64,000 nt of DNA from a virus. Taxonomy: Duplodnaviria > Caudoviricetes. Under the pieces are notes generated by a model. That model was not told the origin of the DNA. It made no database searches and saw only the letters and a list, made by a program, of their open reading frames with translations. The position numbers were made by a program, and so were the translations under genes. Location: IMG/VR virus record IMGVR_UViG_3300002220_000769, positions 1,859 to 65,858 of that record; one strand, given 5' to 3'. This document shows positions 56,481 to 64,000 of the stretch, one piece after another (positions within the stretch are counted from its first letter, which is position 1; every line of letters starts with the position of its first letter).

Positions 56481-57134
56481 ATGTTCTTATCCGAATTTAA
56501 CGCCAACCAAAAAAGAAACATGCTGGTCGTGTTTTCTGGAAGATTTCAACCATTTCATCGCGGTCACATGGCAGTGTATCAATATTTGACAAATAAATTC
56601 GGATCAGATAACGTGTTTATTGCCACATCAAATAGTCAAAATCTCGAACGAAGTCCATTCTCTTTTGAAGAAAAGAAAAAGTTGATGATGTTTTCTGGTA
56701 TTCCAGAAGAGAAAATCGTAATGACAAGAAATCCGTATAAAGCGGATGAACTCACTAAGAACTACGACGTTTCTTCTACCACACTGGTGTTTGTGGTAAG
56801 CAAAAAGGACATGGAAGAAAACCCACGATTTCATTCCTGGAAAAATGAAGACGGTTCCCCAACTTATCTGCAACCATACGACAAAAACAGAAATAACATG
56901 CTTGGATTCAAAGACCATGCATACATATTCACTTCTCCAACATTCAATTTCACTGTGTTAAACAACACGATCAAGAGTGCATCTGAATTGAGAGACTTGT
57001 TTGTGAATTCAGGGATAAATACTCAAAAATACATAATAAAAGATTTGTATGGAAAATATGACAACTCCATACACAAATTGATGTATGATAAATTGAGAAT
57101 GTTGAAAACCACAGAGGCAACAAGTGAAAAATAA
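56481..57134 (+). CDS. cytidylyltransferase-like (HxGH) nucleotidyltransferase
   Basis: GRFQPFHRGH; SASELR. Confidence 0.85.
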   Translation: MFLSEFNANQKRNMLVVFSGRFQPFHRGHMAVYQYLTNKFGSDNVFIATSNSQNLERSPFSFEEKKKLMMFSGIPEEKIVMTRNPYKADELTKNYDVSSTTLVFVVSKKDMEENPRFHSWKNEDGSPTYLQPYDKNRNNMLGFKDHAYIFTSPTFNFTVLNNTIKSASELRDLFVNSGINTQKYIIKDLYGKYDNSIHKLMYDKLRMLKTTEATSEK

Positions 57135-57855
57135 AAAATTTAAAATTAATGAGTCTATTGGAGAAGATGCTTCTCTCATGGAAGCAGACCACGAAGTACA
57201 AATGGCAAGATCAGAGTGCTATCAATCAGCGGTAAACGCTATAGAAATCCACAAAATGTTGAAGTCTATTTCTGAGAGTACAGGGTTGGACGCTTGGGTA
57301 TCAAAGAAAATTTCTCTTGCCTCAGAATACCTACGCGCTGTCAAAGAGTACTTGGAGTATGAAAACATTAGTGCAGACGATTTTGACCTGGTATCCCCAA
57401 ACTACGATGCATATTTTGAAAGTGCAATGACAAAAGAAAAATCCGACGATTCAGACAAAAGTTCAAATTCTGATCCGCTGGTGAACACAAAAAACCTAAA
57501 GGGTCGTGCAAGAGAGCGATATCATCATATGCGCGCAAAATACCCGCAGGCAAACAACTCAGTGGAAGCACTAATCAACTTCGTAGATGATGAGCAGAGA
57601 AAAGATTATGCATCAATCAAAAGACTCTCATCAGAAAATAGAGAAGAACGACAAGAAATTGACAGACTTGACATGGAAAATGATTACGAGCAAAGCGAAA
57701 TTGACAACATTGAGTCCCAGATAAACACGCTAACTGCACAATTGAACAGTATAAAAAGAAACAGAGGAAAGGTGAATGAAATGACTTCTTCTGGCTCATT
57801 TGCATCTGTTGCAACTCCGTTGTTCAAAAAACCAAAAAAGAGAAACCAAAAATGA
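57124..57855 (+). CDS. probable head-core/internal protein
   Basis: multiple (I/L/V)xE motifs; WVSKKISLASEY; coiled coil. Confidence 0.55.
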   Translation: MKNKKFKINESIGEDASLMEADHEVQMARSECYQSAVNAIEIHKMLKSISESTGLDAWVSKKISLASEYLRAVKEYLEYENISADDFDLVSPNYDAYFESAMTKEKSDDSDKSSNSDPLVNTKNLKGRARERYHHMRAKYPQANNSVEALINFVDDEQRKDYASIKRLSSENREERQEIDRLDMENDYEQSEIDNIESQINTLTAQLNSIKRNRGKVNEMTSSGSFASVATPLFKKPKKRNQK

Positions 57856-58364
57856 GCGAAGATTTAAGTAAAATTCTCCAAAAATTTGATGTTTTGTCAG
57901 AATCCAAAGAAAAAAATGATATCGGCATCATTATGAACGATTCTTTAGAAGAAGAAATAATGTCGGAATGGAACTCGTTTATATCTGAAGAAGATCCTTG
58001 CTGGGATGGATATGGACAAGTTGGCATGAAAAAGAAAGGAAGCAAGCAAGTTCCTAACTGCGTTCCGAAATCAAAGAAAAAACGCAAATTAAAAGAAGTC
58101 GAGTCCAATGTTCCGCAAGCACAGACTGCATATCAGCCAAATCAACAAATAATAAAGCAAACTGCACAACAATTAAATAAGTTGAAGGGTTCTGGTGCAA
58201 ACATAAATGTTCAACAAACTGCGCAAGCACTGGACAAATTGACGCAAGGACAGAAAATTTCTCCATCAGAAAAGCAAAACGTGGATGTTTTGTCAAAAGA
58301 CATACAAGATGCGTTTACTGATCCTATTGCAACAGCAGCAATAATGAAAGCGATGAAACGCTAA
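57852..58364 (+). CDS. probable head-core/internal protein
   Basis: EEDPCWDGY..GMKKKG..VPNCVP motif. Confidence 0.6.
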   Translation: MSEDLSKILQKFDVLSESKEKNDIGIIMNDSLEEEIMSEWNSFISEEDPCWDGYGQVGMKKKGSKQVPNCVPKSKKKRKLKEVESNVPQAQTAYQPNQQIIKQTAQQLNKLKGSGANINVQQTAQALDKLTQGQKISPSEKQNVDVLSKDIQDAFTDPIATAAIMKAMKR

Positions 58365-58369
58365 AAAAT

Positions 58370-58440
58370 TCACCTGGGACCGTTAGGTGATGGCCGGTCA
58401 GTCTGTGACCATGATAAGAGGACTCGCTACCCGTCTTATC
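58370..58440 (+). ncRNA. three-hairpin structured element
   Basis: TCACCT/AGGTGA, GGTCA/TGACC, GATAAGA/TCTTATC stems. Confidence 0.45.
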
Positions 58441-58535
58441 AAAACAACGAAACAATGGACGCGAAAGCGTCTTTTGTTTTTTCAGTTGAGTATCTATCAA
58501 ACCTGTGATACAATACAATTTTAGGAGGAAAATCT

Positions 58536-58793
58536 ATGTCCACAATGTTTACAGGCGAACAAAAAATCAAACTAACACAAATCATCAACGAGGGGATTTC
58601 TGTTCTTGAAGAAGTCGAAGCATTAAATGGGGGCCTCAACGACGCAATCAAGGCAATTGCAGAAGAACTTGAAATAAAGCCTGCAATTCTTAAAAAAGCA
58701 ATCAAACTTGCTCAAAAGAGCAAATTCACTGACGCAAACAAAGATCACGAAACTCTCACTACTATTCTTGAAACTGTTGGAAAGGTTCTATAA
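58536..58793 (+). CDS. small DNA-binding protein (DsbA/GapR-like)
   Basis: coiled coil plus IKAIAEELEIKPAILKKAIK; AGGAGG RBS. Confidence 0.6.
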   Translation: MSTMFTGEQKIKLTQIINEGISVLEEVEALNGGLNDAIKAIAEELEIKPAILKKAIKLAQKSKFTDANKDHETLTTILETVGKVL

Positions 58794-58796
58794 TTT

Positions 58797-61703
58797 ATGT
58801 CTTATGTAGATGCAATTCATGTCCATAACCGCGACCAAGGCAAGATTATGGCCGTGGAAAGAGTTAATGGGAAACGCAAATTTGTTGAATACCCAGCAAA
58901 TTACACCTTTTACTTTAATGACCCAAAAGGACACCACAAGACGCTGTTCGGAACGAACGTAAGCAAATTCTCAACGAACAGTTTCGGGCAGTTTAACAAA
59001 AACTTAAAGATGCATAAGGAAGAGGATTTATGGGAAAGTGACTTGAATCCAATTTTTCAGTGCTTGTCAAAAAACTACGTTGGGATTGAAGCGCCAAAAC
59101 TTCACACTGCATTCTTTGACATCGAGGTTGATTTCGATAGGGAGCGTGGGTATGCTCCTACCACCGACCCATTTAACAAAATCACCGCAATAACAGTTTA
59201 TTTGGATTGGATGGACAAGTTAATAACACTTGTTATTCCCCCAAATGGATGGACAGACGCGCAAATTCAAGCAGCAATTTCCCCATTTTCAGACACGTAC
59301 GTGTTTGATCGGGAGGAAGACATGCTTGAGACATTCATTGATCTGGTGGATGATGCGGATATTCTTAGTGGGTGGAACTCAGAAGGCTATGATATTCCAT
59401 ATACCATCAATCGAATAATAAAGATACTTTCTGTTAGTCACACAACAAAGTTGTGTTTATGGAACGAAAAACCACGCAAAAGAGTTTTTGAACGGTATGG
59501 AACAGAACAATCGACGTATGATTTGGTTGGTCGTGTTCATTTAGACTATATGCAACTGTACATAAAGTACACGTATGAAGAGCGACAAAGTTACAGTCTG
59601 GATTATATCAGTGACTTTGAACTCGGGGAAAAGAAGGTTGAGTACGAAGGAAGTCTTGATCAATTATACAACAAAGATTTTTCTAAGTTTGTTGACTATA
59701 ACAGACAAGACGTAATGCTTCTTGCCAAACTTGACAAGAAACTGAAATACATTGATCTTGCAAACCTGATTGCACATGAAAATACAGTTCTACTACAAAC
59801 AACAATGGGGTCTGTGGCAGTAATTGAGCAAGGTGTAATAAATGATGCGCACTCAAAAGGGTTGGTCGTTCCAAACAGAAAACGGCATGATTCTGCCGAG
59901 ACAAAGGCCGCTGGGGCATGGGTTGCAAACCCGAAAAAAGGAATCCACGCATGGATCGGTTCCGTTGATATCAACTCACTATATCCGTCAACTATACGTG
60001 CGCTAAACATGTCTCCAGAAACAATATTGGGACAAATCACACCGAAATATACCGACGATTTCCTTGAAGATAGGATAGCAAGAAGTAAGAAAAAAATGAC
60101 GTTTGCTGCTGCGTGGGAAGGTCTTTTTTCAACTAAGGAATACGAACTTGTTATGAAAAAAGACATGCAGACTCCACTGGAAGTTGTTTGGGAACACGGT
60201 GAAGTTAATGTTATGACTGGAGCGGATATCTACCGTTTGGTGTTCAATGATGAATCAGATATGGTTTTATCTGCAAACGGAACGATTTTCATAAAGTCAA
60301 AAGTTGGAATTATTCCACAAATGCTGGAGACTTGGTATGCAGACCGAAAACGTCTTCAAGGAATAATGAAGAAATTTATCAATATTGATATTGGTATTGA
60401 CCTAATAGAAAAATTCGGTGATATTCCAGATCATAATGTAAATTTCACAGAAGTTGGGACCGGAAGGCTAAAGTATCTTGATATAAAAACAATTGATAAA
60501 ATAATCGAATCAGGTTCTTTGGAAGAACTGATAAAATTTGTCGAAGACAGTGATCTTTGTATCATAGATGGAAAATTAAAACCAAATAACAAAAAAGACA
60601 TTGAAGAGGCAATTGAATATTGGGATAAACGGCAGCATGTAAAGAAAATTCTTCTTAACTCTGCATATGGGTCTCTGCTTAATATCGGTTGCCGATTCTT
60701 TGATAAGCGAATTGGTCAATCAACAACTCTAAGCGGCAGAAGTATAACGAAGTCAATGGCAGAAACTGTCAATGAATGTATATGTGGTGTTCGCGATCAT
60801 GAGGGCGAAGCAGTTGTGTATGGGGACACCGACTCGAACTACTTCTCAGCATGGCCGATAATCAAGAATGACGTAGAGTCTGGAAAATTGACATGGAACA
60901 AAGAGTCCGCGATACAGTTATACGATGAGATGGCAGTTCAAATCAACGAGTTTTTCCCAGGATTTATGAGACGAGCATTCAACTGTGATGAAAATCGTGG
61001 AAAAATTATTCGTGCTGGTCGTGAAATTGTTGCATCTCGTGGTCTGTTCATTAAGAAAAAACGGTATGCTGTCATGTACTATGACAAGGAAGGAAAACGC
61101 AAAGACACGAATGGAAAAGAAGGCGAAATCAAGGCAATGGGACTTGACTTGAAACGTGCTGACACACCAAAAATTGTCCAAGTGTTTTTGATGGAAATCC
61201 TGTCTGATCTACTACACAATGAACCAAAAACAACAATCGACCAAAAAATTAAAGAATTCAAGCATCTTTTCATAAACTTGCCACCTTGGGAAAAAGGTAC
61301 ACCAAAGCGTGTCAATAATCTCACTGAATACGGCAAAAAGGTCAATAAAACCAATAGTGCAGGGAACAAGATAATGATTCCAGGACACGTGATGGGCGCG
61401 TTGAACTGGAATAATCTGCTTGATATACACTCAGATAAGAGTAGCATGCGAATCGTTGACGGAATGAAAATCGTTGTGTGCAAGTTGAAACAGAATCCTA
61501 TTGGATATGACTGCGTTGCTTACCCAATTGATCAGAAAAAAATCCCAGATTGGTTCAAGGAACTGCCATTTGACGATGAAGCAATGGAAGAGGCAGTTGT
61601 AGATCAAAAGATAAAGAATCTTTTGGGAGTTCTTAACTGGAACATTGTGGAAATGACTAATACCAAAAACAATTTCAGTGATTTATTTGCACAAGAAGAT
61701 TAA
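58797..61703 (+). CDS. family B DNA polymerase
   Basis: FDIE exonuclease; DINSLYPS; KILLNSAYG; YGDTDS; KKRY. Confidence 0.97.
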   Translation: MSYVDAIHVHNRDQGKIMAVERVNGKRKFVEYPANYTFYFNDPKGHHKTLFGTNVSKFSTNSFGQFNKNLKMHKEEDLWESDLNPIFQCLSKNYVGIEAPKLHTAFFDIEVDFDRERGYAPTTDPFNKITAITVYLDWMDKLITLVIPPNGWTDAQIQAAISPFSDTYVFDREEDMLETFIDLVDDADILSGWNSEGYDIPYTINRIIKILSVSHTTKLCLWNEKPRKRVFERYGTEQSTYDLVGRVHLDYMQLYIKYTYEERQSYSLDYISDFELGEKKVEYEGSLDQLYNKDFSKFVDYNRQDVMLLAKLDKKLKYIDLANLIAHENTVLLQTTMGSVAVIEQGVINDAHSKGLVVPNRKRHDSAETKAAGAWVANPKKGIHAWIGSVDINSLYPSTIRALNMSPETILGQITPKYTDDFLEDRIARSKKKMTFAAAWEGLFSTKEYELVMKKDMQTPLEVVWEHGEVNVMTGADIYRLVFNDESDMVLSANGTIFIKSKVGIIPQMLETWYADRKRLQGIMKKFINIDIGIDLIEKFGDIPDHNVNFTEVGTGRLKYLDIKTIDKIIESGSLEELIKFVEDSDLCIIDGKLKPNNKKDIEEAIEYWDKRQHVKKILLNSAYGSLLNIGCRFFDKRIGQSTTLSGRSITKSMAETVNECICGVRDHEGEAVVYGDTDSNYFSAWPIIKNDVESGKLTWNKESAIQLYDEMAVQINEFFPGFMRRAFNCDENRGKIIRAGREIVASRGLFIKKKRYAVMYYDKEGKRKDTNGKEGEIKAMGLDLKRADTPKIVQVFLMEILSDLLHNEPKTTIDQKIKEFKHLFINLPPWEKGTPKRVNNLTEYGKKVNKTNSAGNKIMIPGHVMGALNWNNLLDIHSDKSSMRIVDGMKIVVCKLKQNPIGYDCVAYPIDQKKIPDWFKELPFDDEAMEEAVVDQKIKNLLGVLNWNIVEMTNTKNNFSDLFAQED

Positions 61704-61780
61704 AATACTTGACTTCACTGTTTGAATACGTTAAAATGTTCAAACAGTGACATTTTTAATAACCAACCACTTATATAACC

Positions 61781-62503
61781 ATGAAAGACCAACTAAAAGA
61801 TATAATCAAATACACACACGACTTAGGATGCTTTAGCATGGCTAAGATCACAGCAGAACCAGAAGAAACATCCGTGTTTGCTATTGCAGATGATAAGTCT
61901 GTTGTAATGAATTCAACATTCCATAACACAGTAGATGGAGTGGACGGAACAATTGGAATCCCAAGTCTTTCCAAACTCAAGGTTCTTCTTAATATTCAAG
62001 AATATGCGGAAGATGCTGTTCTGAAAATCAACAAACAAAACGATAACCCATCTTCTCTTACTCTTAAAAATAAGAGCGGGGACTTTGAAAATGAATATCG
62101 TTTTATGTCTAAAGAAGTAATTGAACAAAACCTAAAGACTCTTAAATTCAAGGGCGCAAATTGGAAACTTGAATTTAAGCCATCTACGGATTCAATCCGT
62201 AGGTTCAAATATCAATCACAAGCAAACTCTGAAGAAAACAGTTTCTTCGTTTCAATGAACGGTAAAGACTTAGTTTTCAACTTTGGTAGCGGATCAGCCC
62301 ATACTGGTAAGTTTGTATTTGAACACAATGCAAAAGGAACACTTGGGACAAATACTGCATGGCCTGTTAAACAAGTTCTCAATATTTTGGATTTACCCGG
62401 TGACAAAATCATGAAAATCTCGGAGGTAGCATGTGAAATATCAGTGAATTCTGGACTGGCAATTTACACATACATTCTTCCTGCACTGAGTAAACAAATT
62501 TAA
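61781..62503 (+). CDS. probable sliding clamp (gp45-like)
   Basis: 240 aa, adjacent to polymerase, two-domain alpha/beta pattern. Confidence 0.55.
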   Translation: MKDQLKDIIKYTHDLGCFSMAKITAEPEETSVFAIADDKSVVMNSTFHNTVDGVDGTIGIPSLSKLKVLLNIQEYAEDAVLKINKQNDNPSSLTLKNKSGDFENEYRFMSKEVIEQNLKTLKFKGANWKLEFKPSTDSIRRFKYQSQANSEENSFFVSMNGKDLVFNFGSGSAHTGKFVFEHNAKGTLGTNTAWPVKQVLNILDLPGDKIMKISEVACEISVNSGLAIYTYILPALSKQI

Positions 62504-62528
62504 TTTAACCACAACCACGGAGCAATAA

Positions 62529-62753
62529 ATGTCCAAAGTAAAATTTAAGCCAAATGCTGAAGTAGCAAAAATCTTTGATGATCTAGAACAGTATCGCGAT
62601 TTTTGTGTTGATTATGGGCATGTTTTTGATGAAAAGAACTTGTATGATAACAAAGTGTTTTCATATCAACAATTTCAAAAGTTCAAGTCGAACAAAAAAG
62701 TCAAGAATATTTGGGAAGAAGAAATCCAACGAATGAAAACAAAGGTTCGTTGA
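62529..62753 (+). CDS. hypothetical protein
   Basis: GGAG RBS; terminator 62762-62788. Confidence 0.7.
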   Translation: MSKVKFKPNAEVAKIFDDLEQYRDFCVDYGHVFDEKNLYDNKVFSYQQFQKFKSNKKVKNIWEEEIQRMKTKVR

Positions 62754-62787
62754 TTAAAATGAAATACGCGGAAATCCGCGTATTTTT

Positions 62788-63216
62788 TTGAGGACAATAA
62801 ACGTGGCAATAAAAAATAACTCAAATAAGTCATTAGATGACTATGGCATGATTCTCAGTGAAGATATAATGCGTAGAATATATAAAGACGGTTTGAACAC
62901 ACTCTATACAAACGATCCGGTCTATGCAACGTCTATAAGTTCATCTGCAATCACTACGTCGTCCTTAACTGATGCGATGAATTCTGTTAACGATGTTTAT
63001 ATATCCAAGAATAAAGTTGAGCAAATAACAGACAGGTTACTTGCAATTGAAAAGAAGTTGGATATTGTTTTCCGAGACAAATCATACGAAGAAGAGTTCC
63101 CATATATACGTGACTTATTTGAAAAATACGAAGCAGAATCTAAAAAACTTTTTGATCGCTATACAAGAGAAGTTGAAAAAGCAAAGACTTTCAAAGCAAT
63201 GAAAGAGAAGAAATGA
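62788..63216 (+). CDS. hypothetical coiled-coil protein
   Basis: ORF; start uncertain. Confidence 0.6.
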   Translation: MRTINVAIKNNSNKSLDDYGMILSEDIMRRIYKDGLNTLYTNDPVYATSISSSAITTSSLTDAMNSVNDVYISKNKVEQITDRLLAIEKKLDIVFRDKSYEEEFPYIRDLFEKYEAESKKLFDRYTREVEKAKTFKAMKEKK

Positions 63217-63611
63217 CCGAATTCAAAACACTACTTGAGGCACTTGAAGATGGGACTGCTCCTTGGGATCAAATCGAATTTAGAACAAAAGACTACTGGG
63301 TTTTCAAGGATGGATTCCCAGTCACGGAAGGACATTTGTTATTTGTGCCAACCAACACGAAATGGGAAAACCTCAAAACCTGCTTCGAAGCAGCATACAA
63401 ATGGGGCTACAGAGGAATCGATGATGAAAAATGGGATGCATTCAACGTAGGTCAAAATGTTGGAAAAGAAGCAGGCCAAACTGTGATGTATCCACATATC
63501 CACCTAATCCCAAGAAGAAAAAATGATTGCGATGATCCCACTGGCGGAGTTAGAAATTGCATTTCAGGGAAAGGAAATTACAAAAAATTTCAAAAAGTTG
63601 TTGACAATTAG
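63213..63611 (+). CDS. HIT-family hydrolase
   Basis: FPVTEGHLLFVP; GQTVMYPHIHLIPR. Confidence 0.9.
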   Translation: MTEFKTLLEALEDGTAPWDQIEFRTKDYWVFKDGFPVTEGHLLFVPTNTKWENLKTCFEAAYKWGYRGIDDEKWDAFNVGQNVGKEAGQTVMYPHIHLIPRRKNDCDDPTGGVRNCISGKGNYKKFQKVVDN

Positions 63612-63629
63612 AAAATAATGTAGTATGAT
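63601..63629 (+). promoter_or_regulatory. sigma70-like promoter
   Basis: TTGACA, 17 bp, TATGAT. Confidence 0.7.
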
Positions 63630-64000
63630 TCACAAATCAAGTGAATTCTTTTCTGTCTTTGAGATTCACAATTATTCATAGAATTTAATTGGAGATTGAT
63701 TAAATTCTCATCAAAACAGAGAGAGGAAGAGCCAACCTCTTTAAAAAATGCCCATAAAATTTCTGGCTTTGTCTGGTCAGTGTACGCTGACCCCTCTTGA
63801 ATCAGCCGAGGTAAGGCTCGTTGCCGATGGATCTGAGGTGCCTGTAGTGGATGTTATAAGACATATCCACTGCCGAGTAAGAGATGCGTTAGTTCTCTGA
63901 ATGATCGAGGCTCTGTGAAAAAGATACAACCTCAACTTGCGTGATTGCAACCATAGTGTGATGCGCGGGTTCCGTCGATTGGCAAATGGCGAGTAGGGTG

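Noticed and set aside
60375-60610. Intein in the DNA polymerase
   Set aside because: No Cys/Ser start, no His-Asn end, and no splicing blocks.
1-64000. Alternative genetic code or stop-codon reassignment
   Set aside because: Core genes (polB, clpA, phoH, tnpB) are intact in code 11 and no suppressor tRNA is seen.
1-64000. Eukaryotic giant virus or bacterial chromosome origin
   Set aside because: Shine-Dalgarno sites, sigma70 and T4-late-like promoters, spanins, endolysin and dense small early ORFs indicate a tailed bacteriophage.

Overview
This window is 64 kb of a large, AT-rich, T4-like (jumbo) tailed phage genome, probably from a Gram-negative host (GH19 endolysin, Rz/Rz1-like spanins, sigma70-type promoters). 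It has six parts. (1) 1-6.8 kb is a tRNA/ncRNA cluster with an IS607 element, a free-standing endonuclease and TilS. It includes a tRNA gene whose 3' half lies UPSTREAM of its 5' half, with flanks that can pair like a split intron. (2) 7.6-23.5 kb and (3) 38.6-48.8 kb are two blocks of enzymes (ART-fold, kinases, amidoligases, GNAT, Nudix, RelE-like, ParB-like, metallopeptidase, ATP-grasp, HsdS-like). Nearly all begin with an MK(I/L)xE(I/L/V)..E leader resembling the T4 capsid-targeting sequence. (4) 24-38 kb holds a 23-aa-repeat gene array and then an early-gene region built of promoter-ORF-terminator cassettes with repeated intergenic modules. (5) 48.8-58 kb has PhoH, a lysis cassette, peptide deformylase, ClpA and probable head-core proteins. 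(6) 58.5-64 kb has family B DNA polymerase, a probable sliding clamp and HIT. One TnpB-only IS200/IS605 element and seven 47-49 bp derivatives of it (TTTAT target, TCAC right end) are scattered across the window. All domain calls come from motif recognition by eye; no searches were run.
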